Positions 31,131 through 43,819 of a DNA stretch of 64,000 bases are shown here, one piece after another. The DNA is taken from positions 62,001 to 126,000 of the forward strand of contig NIVC01000863.1 of the NCBI GenBank assembly GCA_002269645.1. Reading direction: 5' to 3'. Under the pieces are notes generated by a model. That model had not been told where the DNA came from, did no database searches, and worked only from the letters and a program-made list of their open reading frames with translations. This stretch comes from Macrostomum lignano (Eukaryota). The position numbers were made by a program, and so were the translations under genes. Each line of letters starts with the position of its first letter. Positions within the stretch are counted from its first letter, which is position 1.

Positions 31131-31674
31131 AGTGTGTTGTTTTATAAAAGAGTGTCAAAAAGACGCACTACCGTTAGGAGACTAATTATATCAATATTCG
31201 AGAATGACAGTGCATCGATTATGCCAACGCAGCAAAGTTATGTTTCCTTCAAGGCTGAGTTTTAATCGATCCATAATCTGTAATGAGCCACTGCCTTAAT
31301 CCCGCGTCAATTTCAAAGTCATCAAAGAAAACGAGCAGGGCCTCTCAGACAGGTTTAGAGGCTCACGAGAAGGAAGTGGTTGGCTGCAGTTTTAATTGCA
31401 TGCACTGCTATACCGCCTGAGGTAGGCGAGACGGTGACACTGAGACGCTCGGCTAACTTGCAATCGAGAAGTTGTTTAGCGGTTATATGATTGACGACTG
31501 CCTTCTGGCTGGGGACTCTGTGCTGGTGAAATAGTGCACTGGAGTAGAGAGTCTGCAGACTCATTCTGTAAGAAAGGAGCTCCGCATATATTACCTTTGC
31601 AAGGTGAAATACTGTATATGGGAGGGAGACTTCCGATATAAGTTCATTTGATTACCTGTGCGGAGATACTAGAG

Positions 31675-34600
31675 AGAGACACTTGTGATTCTTGTTACAC
31701 ACTTGTGATTCACTTGTGATTCCTGTTAGACACTTGTGATTTCTGTTACACACTTGCGATTCCTGTTAGACACTTGTGATTCTTTTTAGACACTTGCGAT
31801 TCCTGATAGACACTTGTGATTCCTGTTAGACACTTGTGATTCCGGTTAGAAACTTGTGATTGCGGTTAGACACCTGTGATTCCTGTTAGACACTTGTGAT
31901 TCTTGTTAGACACTTGTGATTCTTGTTAGACACTTGTGATTCTTGTTAGACACTTGTAATTCCTGTTAGACACTTGTGATTCCTGATAGACACTTGTGAT
32001 TCACTTGTGATTCCTGTTAGACACTTGTGATTTCTGTTAGACACTTGTGATTATTGTTAGACACTTGTGATTCTTGTTAGACACTTGAGATTCCTGTTAG
32101 ACACTTGTGATTCTTGTTAGACACTTGTGATTATTGTTAGACACTTGTGATTATTGTTAGACACTTGTGATTCTTGTTAGACACCTGTGATTCTTGTTAG
32201 ACACTTGTGATTCTTGTTAGACACTTGTGATTATTGTTAGACACTTGTGATTCTTGTTAGACACTTGAGATTCCTGTTAGACACTTGTGATTCTTGTTAG
32301 ACACTTGTGATTCTTGTTAGACACTTGAGATTCCTGTTAGACACTTGTGATTCTTGTTAGACACTTGTGATTCTTGTTAGACACTTGTGATTATTGTTAG
32401 ACACTTGTGATTCCTGTTAGACACTTGTGATTCTTGTTAGACACTTGTGATTTCGGTTAGACACCTGTGATTCTTGTTAGACACTTGTGATTCTTGTTAG
32501 ACACTTGTGATTCTTGTTAGACACTTGTGATTCTTGTTGGACACTTGTGATTCCGGTTAGACACTTGTGATTCCGGTTAGACACTTGTGATTCACTTGTG
32601 ATTCCTGTTAGACACTTGTGATTTCTGTTAGACACTTGTGATTATTGTTAGACACTTGTGATTCCTGTTAGACACTTGTGATTCTTGTTAGACACTTGTG
32701 ATTTCGGTTAGACACCTGTGATTCTTGTTAGACACTTGTGATTCTTGTTAGACACTTGTGATTCTTGTTAGACACTTGTGATTCTTGTTGGACACTTGTG
32801 ATTCCGGTTAGACACTTGTGATTCCGGTTAGACACTTGTGATTCACTTGTGATTCCTGTTAGACACTTGTGATTTCTGTTAGACACTTGTGATTATTGTT
32901 AGACACTTGTGATTCCTGTTAGACACTTGTGATTCTTGTTAGACACTTGTGATTCCGGTTAGGCACTTCTGATTCCGGTTAGACACTTGTGATTCCGGTT
33001 AGACACTTGTGATTCCTGTTTGACAAATTTGATTTCTGTTAGACACGTGATTCCTGTTAGACACTTGTGATTCCGGTTAGACACTTGTGATTTCGGTTAG
33101 ACACCTGTAATTCTTGTTAGACACTTGTGATTCTTGTTGGACACTTGTGATTCCGGTTAGACACCTGTGATTCTTATTATACACTTGTGATTCCTGTTAG
33201 ACACTTGTGATTCCGGTTAGACACTTGTGATTGCGGTTAGACACCTGTGATTCCTGTTTGACAAATTTGATTTCTGTTAGACACGTGATTCCTGTTAGAC
33301 ACTTGTGATTTCTGTTAGACACTTGTGATTCCTGTTAGACACTTTTGATTCCGGTTAGACACTTGTGATTCTTGTTAGACACTTGTGATTCTTGTTAGAC
33401 ACTTGTGATTCTTGTTAGACACTTGTGATTCTTGTTAGACACTTGTGATTCCGGTTAGACACTTGTGATTATTGTTAGACACTTGTGATTCTTGTTAGGC
33501 ACTTGTGATTCCGGTTAGACACTTGTGATTCCTGTTTGACAAATTTGATTTCTGTTAGACACGTGATTCCTGTTAGACACTTGTGATTCCGGTTAGACAC
33601 TTGTGATTTCGGTTAGACACCTGTAATTCTTGTTAGACACTTGTGATTCTTGTTGGACACTTGTGATTCCGGTTAGACACCTGTGATTCTTATTATACAC
33701 TTGTGATTCCTGTTAGACACTTGTGATTCCGGTTAGACACTTGTGATTGCGGTTAGACACCTGTGATTCCTGTTTGACAAATTTGATTTCTGTTAGACAC
33801 GTGATTCCTGTTAGACACTTGTGATTTCTGTTAGACACTTGTGATTCCTGTTAGACACTTTTGATTCCGGTTAGACACTTGTGATTCTTGTTAGACACTT
33901 GTGATTCTTGTTAGACACTTGTGATTCTTGTTAGACACTTGTGATTCTTGTTAGACACTTGTGATTCCGGTTAGACACTTGTGATTATTGTTAGACACTT
34001 GTGATTCTTGTTAGGCACTTGTGATTCCGGTTAGACACTTGTGATTCCGGTTAGACACCTGTGATTCTTGTTGGACACTTGTGATTCCGGTTAAACACTT
34101 GTGATTCCCGTTAGACACCTGTGATTCTTGTTGGACACTTGTGATTCCGGTTAGACACTTGTGATTCCCGTTAGACACCTGTGATTCTTGTTAGACACTT
34201 GTGATTCCGGTTAGACACTTGTGATTCCCGTTAGACACCTGTGATTCCGGTTAGACACTTGTGATTCCGGTTAGACACATGTGATTTCCGTTAGACACTT
34301 GTGATTCTTGTTGGACACTTGTGATTCCGGTTAGACACTTGTGATTCCGGTTAGACACCTGTGATTCTTGTTAGACACTTGTGATTCTTGGTTAGAAACT
34401 TGCAATTCCCGTTAGACACTTGTGATTCCTGTTAGACACTTGTGATTCCGGTTAGACACTTGTGATTCCGGTTAGACACTTGTGATTCCCGTTAGACACC
34501 TGTGATTCCGGTTAGACACTTGTGATTCCGGTTAGACACTTGTGATTCCCGTTAGACACCTGTGATTCCGGTTAGACACTTGTGATTCCCGTTAGACACT

Positions 34601-34765
34601 TGTGATTCCGGTTAGACACATGTGATTTCCGTTAGACACTTGTGATTATTGTTAGACACGTGTGATTATTGTTAGACACTTGTGATTCTTGTTGGACACT
34701 TGTGATTCTTGTTAGACAATTGCGATTCTTGGTTAGAAACTTGCAATTCCCGTTAGACACTTGTG
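31675..34765. repeat. 3.1-kb 20-bp satellite (GACACTTGTGATTCTTGTTA)
   Basis: Direct. Confidence 0.97.
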
Positions 34766-35359
34766 ATTCCATTTAAAAACATCAGTGATAAAAGGAAAGC
34801 ATGTACTTTAGTAAGAAGACTTCCAGCCGAAGACAAGTGTCCTGTCTCGACACCATCAGAGTGCGCCTTGTCATCACAAGAAGCTGAAAAAGTAACGAAA
34901 ACGAAGAGACCTAATCACGAAAATAGACGGCCACTCAGAAAGTGTGGTGCATGGCCTGCGGGGGATGAGGTCTGGGATTTTACTTTCAGCTCAGTCCAAG
35001 TCCGCAACCGACACTCTTGAACCAAATTGTCTCCGGACCACTTCGGAAATCTCAACTCTCCCGATCCTTAATATAACTGCTGTCTATTTCTACTCGTATC
35101 TATCGTCTGGTCTTGATAAGGAAAACACGCAGAGAAAGTGACAGAGTATTGCTGTGATAAACTGCTATTCCCTGACACAGTCTTTTATCTTTAGTGGTCC
35201 CGAATAGCCCACCAAACTGAAGGAAGAACACAAGAAATTGAAACTATACGAAACGTAAATACAAGCCTGCATTACCGAAACTAGGGAAAATGTCTCACAT
35301 TCTCTTTGTACAGTAGCTTTTAGAGTGTTGGGCGTAGGATTAAGAAAGGGATAAAAAGG

Positions 35360-36385
35360 CCGGGGAGACGGAGTGTGAAGACAGAGGGAAGTCAGAGAGG
35401 GGAGTCAGAGAGGGGCGATAGAAAGGGAAAAAAGGAGTGGAGTCAGAGAGGAGAGAAGGAGAGATGAGATTAATAGGGGAGATGAAGAGAGGACATAGAG
35501 AGGAGATAGAGGGGTAAGACAGAGAAGCAAGTCAGAGAGAGGAGATGGAGAGAGGAGATAGAGAGAGGAGATAAAGAGGGGAGAGTAAGAGAAAGAAAAA
35601 AGGGGAGATGGAGAGGGGGATAGAGAGGGAGATAGAGAGGGGATATGGAGAGGGGATGAAGAGGGAGTAGAGAAAGGCGATAGACAGGGGAGATGGAGAT
35701 AGAGAGGGGGATAGAGAGGGGGATAGAGAGGGAGATAGAGAGGGGGATAGAGAGGGGATAGAGAGGGAGATAGAGAGGGGGATAAAAAGGGGATAAAGAG
35801 GGAGACATAGAGGGGGATAGAGAGGGAGATAGAGAGGGGATATGGGGAGGGGATAAAGAGGGGAGTAGAGAAAGGCGATAGACAGGGGAGATGGAGATAG
35901 AGAGGGGGATAGAGAGGGGATAGAGAGGGAGATAGAGAGGGGGATAAAAAGGGGGATAAAGAGGGAGACATAGAGGGGGATAGAGAGGGATAGAGAGGGG
36001 GATTGAGAGGGATAGAGAGGGGGATTGAGAGGGGGATAGAGAGGGGGATTGAGAGGGGTATAGAGAGGGGATAGAGAGGGGGATAGAGAGGGGGATTGAG
36101 AGGGGGATAGAGAGGGGGATAGAGAGGGGGATTGAGAGGGGATAGAGAGGGGGATTGAGAGGGGGATAGAGAGGGGATTGAGAGGGGGATAGAGAGGGGG
36201 ATTGAGAGGGGGATAGAGAGGGGGATTGAGAGGGGGATAGAGAGGGGGATTGAGAGGGGGATAGAGAGGGGGATTGAGAGGGGGATAGAGAGGGGGATTG
36301 AGAGGGGGATAGAGAGGGGGATTGAGAGGGGGATAGAGAGGGGGATTGAGAGGGGGATAGAGAGGGGGATGAAGGGGAGATGGGG
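35360..36385. repeat. Purine-rich 12-bp array (GGGGATAGAGAG)
   Basis: Direct. Confidence 0.92.
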
Positions 36386-36854
36386 ATCATTCACTTCAAT
36401 CGGTGTCCAGAAATCTTATTTTATTCTCCTTCATCGGCAGATGTCAGTTGAAGAAACGAAAACTGCCTCTAGAAACGTGTCGATGCAACAAATTTCTGAG
36501 CTCTCGTCTCCACATTCCCTCACACATCTCTCAGCGACTCAGAACTCTATAGAATGACTATTTTTATTCACTGTGTTGTTCTGCCTTCAACATCTGCGCA
36601 CCACAGTGTGTTTCTTCGGTTCCTTTCGAGACAAAATCTCATTAGCCTGGCCAGGACTCCGGTGAGCTGCCGGTCTGCATCATTTAGCTCAGAACCTGCT
36701 GGGCCGATCTCTGCCTGATGCACCATCTGCTTTGATGTTCTCTCCAGTCTCCCCATCTCCTCACCCTCAGCTTTTTTCTAATAGCATAAACCCTACTGCT
36801 GACCGCTGACTGGGATGAATTCAATATGATGCTCTATCAACCATAAACAACCGC

Positions 36855-37880
36855 TCTCCTCTCCATCTCCCCTCTATCTCCCTCTCCATCTCCCATCTCT
36901 ATCTCGCCTCTCTATCTCCTCTCTATCTCCCTCTCTATCTCCCCCTCTATCTCCCTCTCTATCTCCCTCTCTATCTCCCATCTCTATCTCCCTCTCTATC
37001 TCCCCTCTATCTCCCCCTCTATCTCCCTCTCTATCTCCCTCTCTATCTCCCTCTCTATCTCCCTCTCTATCTCCCTCTCTATCTCCCTCTCTATCCCCCT
37101 CTATCTCCCTCTCTATCTCCCTCTCTATCTCCCATCTCTATCTCCCTCTCTATCTCCCCCTCTATCTCCCCTCTATCTCCCTCTCTATCTCCCTCTCTAT
37201 CTCCCTCTCTATCTCCCATCTCTATCTCTCCTCTCTATCTCCCTCTCTATCTCCCTCTCTATCTCCCTCTCTATCTCCCTCTCTATCTCCCTCTCTATCT
37301 CCCTCTCTATCTCCCTCTCTATCTCCCTCTCTATCTCCCTCTCTATCTCCCTCTCTATCTCCCTCTCTATCTCCCTTTCTATCTCCCTCTCCAACTCCCA
37401 TCTCTATCTCCCTCTCTATCTCCCCCTCTATCTCCCTCTCTATCTCCCTCTCTATCTCCCTCTCTATCTCCCCCTCTATCTCCCTCACTATCTCACTCTC
37501 TATCTCACTCTCTATCTCCCTCTCTATCTCCCTCTCTATCTCCCTCTCTATCTCCCTCTCTATCTCCCTCTCTATCTCCCTCTCTATCTCCCTCTCTATC
37601 TCCCTCTCCAACTCCCATCTCTATCACCCTCTCTATCTCCCTCTCTATCTCCCTCACTATCTCCCTCTCTATCTCCCTCTCTATCTCCCTCTCTATCTCC
37701 CTCTCCAACTCCCATCTCTATCACCCTCTCTATCTCCCTCTCCATCTCCCTCTCTATCTCTCTCTCTATCTCTCCTCTCCATATCCCCTCTCTATCACCC
37801 TCTCTATCTCCCTCTCCATCTCCCTCTCTATCTCTCTCTCTATCTCTCCTCTCCATATCCCCTCTCTCCCCCTCTATCTA
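36855..37880. repeat. Pyrimidine-rich 12-bp array (CTCTCTATCTCC)
   Basis: Direct. Confidence 0.93.
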
Positions 37881-38214
37881 TATGAGACGATATTACTATA
37901 CTATACTATTAATATCAATAAATAAAACGATATGCGTGTTAAAAAATCTATAATATACTAGTAAGAATATAATTAAGCAGTCTTAGACTCTTTTGTGTTG
38001 ATGGAATCGATTTTTCTGTCAGTGCGCTGCTGTCATCTCACGAGCCCTAAGGAAGCGAGTGGACGAACTACAGGATAAAATTGAAAACGTCTGATATGCA
38101 GTTAGTTGAAGTGTTGGAGAAGGTCCAAGGGAGTTAACGACTTGCTAGCTTGGGTTGCAACGCTTACGGAGAATTGAATATGGAGAAGGCGGGAACAGTA
38201 AAGCAGGCACAGAC

Positions 38215-38379
38215 TGTGAGAACAGGGGTGAAGTAGGAAAAGAACAGGGAGAGAGGGAAAGAGGGGGAGAGGGACAGAGGGAGAGGGAGAGAGTGAGAGG
38301 GGAGAGAGGGGGAGAGGGACAGAAGAAGAGAGGGGGAGAGAGAGAGAGAAGTAGATTAAGTCACAGAGAGAAGTAGATA

Positions 38380-38444
<65 letters not shown>

Positions 38445-38595
38445 GGAGAGAGGGAGAGAGGGAGAGAGAGAGGGGGAGAGAGAGAGCGAGAGAGAGAAGT
38501 AGATTAAGTCACAGAGAGAAGTAGATAAGAGAGAGAGACGGAGAGAAGGAGAGAAAGAGAGAGAGAGAGAGAAAGAGGAGAGGGAGAGAGGGAGA

Positions 38596-38689
<94 letters not shown>

Positions 38690-38867
38690 GAGAGGGACAG
38701 GGGGAGAGGGACAGAGAGGAAGAGAGAGAGGGGGAGGAGAGAGAGAGAGAGAAGTAGATTAAGTCACAGAGAGAAGTAGATAAGAGAGAGAGAGACGGAT
38801 ATAGGGAGAGAAAGAGAGAGGGAGAGAGAGAGAGAGAGGGAGAGAGGGAGAGAGGGGGAGAGGGACA

Positions 38868-38912
<45 letters not shown>

Positions 38913-38925
38913 GGAGACAGGGGTG
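38215..38925. repeat. (GA)n-rich tract with a thrice-repeated GAAGTAGATTAAGTCACAGAGAGAAGTAGATAAG block
   Basis: Direct; blocks at about 38348, 38497 and 38751. Confidence 0.9.
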
Positions 38926-39469
38926 ATAAAATCGCCCTAATGCTGGGCTGCGAGGCGGAACTGCAAGTGAAAATCTAGCACAGTTTAAAGCTTATCCTGA
39001 TTGGAAATTCTGATTAAAATAGTGCTCAAAGGAAGCTGCCTGCCGCCTGAGCAGGCACGGAAATATTATGAGACGATTGAGTCCAAGTCTGTGCGCTAGC
39101 GAATCACAATTGAGAAAATTGCCAAGTAATTTGGTCAGACTCGCCCCATGGTTACCATCAGCGCTTGCGAATTCGATTGCAGCAATAATTTCATGTCAAT
39201 TTTTTGGTGAGAAAAGTTTTCATTTTCATTCCCGTTTTAGACTGATGGCGGAGACGCAGATTTAAATTTGTAGCCAAGGAAAAACTTTTTCGCTCCAGAT
39301 TTTCGACAAGCTACTCTCGCGGAAGCGACTGTGTAGAATTTCTTTACAAATTTGCATTCTGGGCGGCCTGTGTCAACAGGAGCGCCGTGTGGTGATATTT
39401 TATGCCGACTAGTTAGCTCTGCAGTGCTCAGATACCCAAGCAATGTGCGATCTCGGACACAAAATGCTA

Positions 39470-40320
39470 CGCCTCTGACACCTAAAGTGACTCCACTCAG
39501 ACACCCAAAGTGACTCCACTCAGACACCCAAAGTGGCTCCACTCAGACACCCAAAGTGGCTCCACTCAGACACCCAAAGTGGCTCCACTCAGACACCCAA
39601 AGTGGCTCCACTCAGACACCCAAAGTGGCTCCACTCAGACACCCAAAGTGGCTCCACTCAGACACCTAAACAGAGAATCAGGGGGGAGAGAGAGGAGGAG
39701 GGAGAGAGAGGAGGGAGAGAGAGGAGAGAGGAGGGAGAGAGAGAGGGAGAGGAGGAGAGAGAGGAGGAGAGAGAGGAGGAGAGAGAGGAGGGAGAGAGAG
39801 AGGAGGAGGGAGAGAGAGAGGGGAGAGAGAGGGGAGAGAGAGGAGGGGAGAGAGGAGGGGAGAGAGAGGAGGGGAGAGAGAGGAGGAGAGAGAGGAGGGG
39901 AGAGAGAGGAGGAGAGAGAGAGAGGAGGAGAGAGAGAGGAGGAGAGAGAGGGGAGAGAGAGGAGGGGAGAGAGAGGAGGGGAGAGAGAGGAGGGAGAGAG
40001 AGGAGGAGAGAGAGAGGAGGAGAGAGAGGAGGGAGAGAGAGGAGGGAGAGAGAGGAGGGAGAGAGAGGAGGAGAGAGAGGAGGGGAGAGAGAGGAGGGAG
40101 AGAGAGGAGGGAGAGAGAGGAGGAGAGAGAGAGGAGAGAGAGAGGAGGGGAGAGAGAGGAGGGAAGAGAGAGGAGGGGAGAGAGAGGAGGGGAGAGAGAG
40201 GAGGGGAGAGAGAGGAGGGAAGAGAGAGGAGGGGAGAGAGAGGAGGGGAGAGAGAGGAAGGGAGAGAGAGAGGAGAGAGAGGAGGGGAGAGAGAGAAGGG
40301 GGAGAGAGCTGAGAAGAGAC
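39470..40320. repeat. 23-bp minisatellite (CTCCACTCAGACACCCAAAGTGG, 39470-39665) followed by a GGAGA-type polypurine tract
   Basis: Direct. Confidence 0.9.
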
Positions 40321-40804
40321 ACGAACCCTGAGCGGGCCGGGCCGGATTGCTATTGTGAAGTTTCAAAAAACTCGAGGGCCAAATAGAGAGAGGCTTCGCG
40401 GGCCGGAGTTGGCCATCATCCGGATTGATGGGTGCATTAACTATGCTGCAAATAGGGGACAGCAACAGAATCAAACAGTATGGAGAAAGACAGGGTAGAC
40501 ATTCTAAGCGGGCGCTCAGTCGGACCCCGTGGGAAAAGAGGAAGATGGATGGAGTGCAAAATAATGATGGGGATGCTCGCAGGTGGCTATAGCGATGAGA
40601 AACAGTCGACAATAGAGAAATTGGATGTCGGCGGTTGAAAGTCGTGAATCAAACGAAATGCATGCTTCAGAAATAGGTGAGATGTTGGGGAATTCACTGC
40701 TGACGGCTGCTCCTCCTGCTGGGATAAATACCGGTAGTTCCCAAACAAAAGCTCTGCAATTAGCTCCGAATCGACAATCCGGATTTACTGACAAGATTAC
40801 CGAC

Positions 40805-42750
40805 ATGACTTTTCGGCGATGCTGCACCTTTGAAGTTGCGCTTGCTGTCTGTTTGACAGCTGCAATAGCCGCGGAAGTGATCAGTTCGGGTGTGCAGTTC
40901 ACCGCTGCCAGGACAGCCAGTGCTGTCGCTCCGTTGAACTTTCTCGATGTGCAGCCCGAAGACGGCGAGATCAGCTGCGGCATCGTGTGCAGCCGCAGGT
41001 CGCACTGTTTCGGCTTCTACTGGCTGCTCGGCGCGTGTCGGCTCTTCGACTTGCAGGCGTTTCTCAATGCCAGCGCCTGGGTCAGCACCGGCGCCTGTGA
41101 CATCTTCGTGCGAGGTGGGTCACCACCTGATCCCCATTGCCAAGAGACAGGGGCGCCCACCAAGAGACAGGGGCGCCCATCAAGAGACAGGGGCGCCCAT
41201 CAAGAGACAGGGGGCGCCCACCAAGAGACAGGGGCGCCCACCAAGAGACAAGGGCGCCCACCAAGAGACAGGGGCGCCAACTACGAGACAGGGGCGCCCA
41301 CCAAGAGACAGGGGCGCCCACCAAGAGACAGGGGCGCCCATCAAGAGACAGGGACGCCCACCAAGAGACAGGGGCGCCAACCAAGAGACAGGGGCGCCAA
41401 CTACGAGACGGGGGCGCCAACCAAGAGACAGGGGGCGCCAACTACGAGACGGGGGCGCCCACCAAGAGACAGGGGCGCCAACCAAGAGACAGGGGCGCCC
41501 ACCAAGAGACAGGGGCGCCAACCAAGAGACAGGGGCGCCCATCAAGAGACAGGGACGCCCATCAAGAGACAGGGGGCGCCAACCAAGAGACAGGGGCGCC
41601 CACCAAGAGACAGGGGCGCCCTCCAAGAGACAGGGGCGCCAACCAAGAGACAGGGGCGCCAACCAAGAGACAGGGGCGCCCATAAAGAGACAGGGGCGCC
41701 CATCAAGAGACAGGGGGCGCCCACCAAGAGACAGGGGCGCCCACCAAGAGACAGGGGCGCCCATCAAGAGACAGGGACGCCCACCAAGAGACAGGGGCGC
41801 CCACCAAGAGACAGGGGCGCCCATCAAGAGACAGGGACGCCCACCAAGAGACAGGGGCGCCAACCAAGAGACAGGGGCGCCAACTACGAGACGGGGGCGC
41901 CAACCAAGAGACAGGGGCGCCAACTACGAGACGGGGGCGCCAACCAAGAGACAGGGGCGCCCTCCAAGAGACAGGGGCGCCAACCAAGAGACAGGGGGCG
42001 CCCACCAAGAGACAGGGGCGCCCATAAAGAGACAGGGGCGCCCATCAAGAGACAGGGGGCGCCCACCAAGAGACAGGGGCGCCCACCAAGAGACAGGGGC
42101 GCCCATCAAGAGACAGGGACGCCCACCAAGAGACAGGGGCGCCCACCAAGAGACAGGGGCGCCCATCAAGAGACAGGGACGCCCACCAAGAGACAGGGGC
42201 GCCAACTACGAGACGGGGGCGCCAACCAAGAGACAGGGGGCGTCCACCAAGACACCAAATGCTGTTATTAATTTGTGTTGCGGCCCCTCCAATTAAAATT
42301 GCCACACACGTCACTGCAAAAAAAACTGCCTGCCTGTTCCTATTAGTTACAGATTCTAAGAAACTGCCAATTGCCAGCTGCGGCCAGAGCTCATCGGTAG
42401 AGCCGTGCAGCCGCGCAATTGATGGCGGAACAAATCAACATTATCACAGGCATTCCTGCACTCACACCAATAAAAACCTCAATGAGTGGTGGGAGGCCAG
42501 TCTCACGGCTCCATCTCTCGTGTCATTCGTCACCATCTACAACAGGCAGGACTGCTGCCCTGAGAGACTGAACAGTTTCGACATCCTTGTGGACGGTTCC
42601 GTGTGTAACCAGGTGAGGCTCAGCGCTCCGTTCTCTGTGTCCAACTTCACCTGCAACGCCTTCGGCTCGAGAATCCGCATTTTGAGTCGCAGCAATGGTG
42701 CAGAATACGTCACCATCTGCGAGTTCATGGCCTATGGCATGCAAGGTTAG
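40805..42750 (+). CDS. Secreted PAN/apple-like + F-type (fucolectin) lectin domain protein, about 235 aa
   Basis: Exon 1 40805-41114 (signal peptide MTFRRCCTFEVALAVCLTAAIAA; CGIVCSRRSHCFGFYW..GACRLF..GACDIF; donor CGAG|gtgggt) and exon 2 42353-42750 (ttacag|AT), both phase 1. Exon 2 has AIDGG, an exact H-x26-R-x-D-x4-R motif (H..RQDCCPER) and the terminal ICEF.AYG. Confidence 0.85.
41142..42250. repeat. 20/21-bp GC-rich minisatellite (CCAAGAGACAGGGGCGCCCA) filling the lectin intron
   Basis: Direct. Confidence 0.95.
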
Positions 42751-43132
42751 CGAGGTGTCGCCATTCGTTGCGATTAAAAACCAATTTTGAGTCTGCTGGA
42801 GTTAAGTCAGAAAAATATTGGATAAATAAAAACTTTAACCGCCTGCTCCTGTTTTTGTTGACTTTCTGAGCAAAAAAATTCCCTTTCTTTTGTCTACTAA
42901 ACTCTCACTTCAAACTAAATGGAACTATTTGGTTGATTTCGTCTTGCGAAACTTTTAAAGTCCAATTTGATTTCATACTAACGTACAAGTGTGAATTATT
43001 AGACCAACAATATAGGTTTTTGGTCAAAGTTACATAACTTTGAATTGAAAGTTTTGTGCCAGTTGTTGTGGCACAAGGTCTTGTCTTCCAATCTTCAATT
43101 TTGATTGGCTCGTGAGTGGTCTGTGTGATGAG

Positions 43133-43140
43133 ACAGACGG

Positions 43141-43227
<87 letters not shown>
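43133..43227. repeat. (CAGA)n microsatellite
   Basis: Direct. Similar (CTGT)n tracts occur at 25020-25090 and 47670-47950. Confidence 0.9.
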
Positions 43228-43819
43228 CTCTGCACTTCAGTGGACAGTGCAGTGAGTGCCCCAGCCAGCAGTTACCCGTGGTTCCCCGCACTCAAGAAGG
43301 GCGATTCTCAAGCAATCGACACTCCCCGTCGCCCGAATAGCCGCAATTAAATTTCTTGCAGCCCCGTCCCGCTCTCCCGCAGCCATCTATCGATCGGAAC
43401 TCGGTCTTTTCCGAGCCTGTGAAGTGCCGACTGTCACAAATCATTTTTCGCTTACCCCAAGCTGCTCTCATCTGCAGTCTCTTTCCCCTCCCCATCCTTG
43501 GACCAGCTCGGCCGAGCTCATCCTGTCTGTCAATCAATGGGGCGTCAGAGGTCTCGAGAATTCTGTTTATTCTTCAGGGCCCGCCGCAGAGAACCAAAAA
43601 TCGATTTCCCTTATACCACTGAGCATTCCCTATTAATCTGCCTATTTGTATTGGTTATCTGCCAGTGGTGAATGAAAATCATTTGGACCTGATGCGTTGG
43701 TTATTATTATTGACCGTGTGGGACCGCCGGCGCACTTGTCAACCAAATTATTGACCAACTATTCAAATGGACTCGAATATGTGCCAAATATTTCTTGATG
43801 GACTGAAAATGCTAGCGTC

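Noticed and set aside
40328-40425. hAT/MITE-end-like GCGGGCCGG motifs
   Set aside because: Too degenerate; no matching TIR or TSD found.
40625-42296. 548-aa and 449-aa single-exon ORFs
   Set aside because: They read through an intron minisatellite; the spliced two-exon lectin model explains the unique parts.
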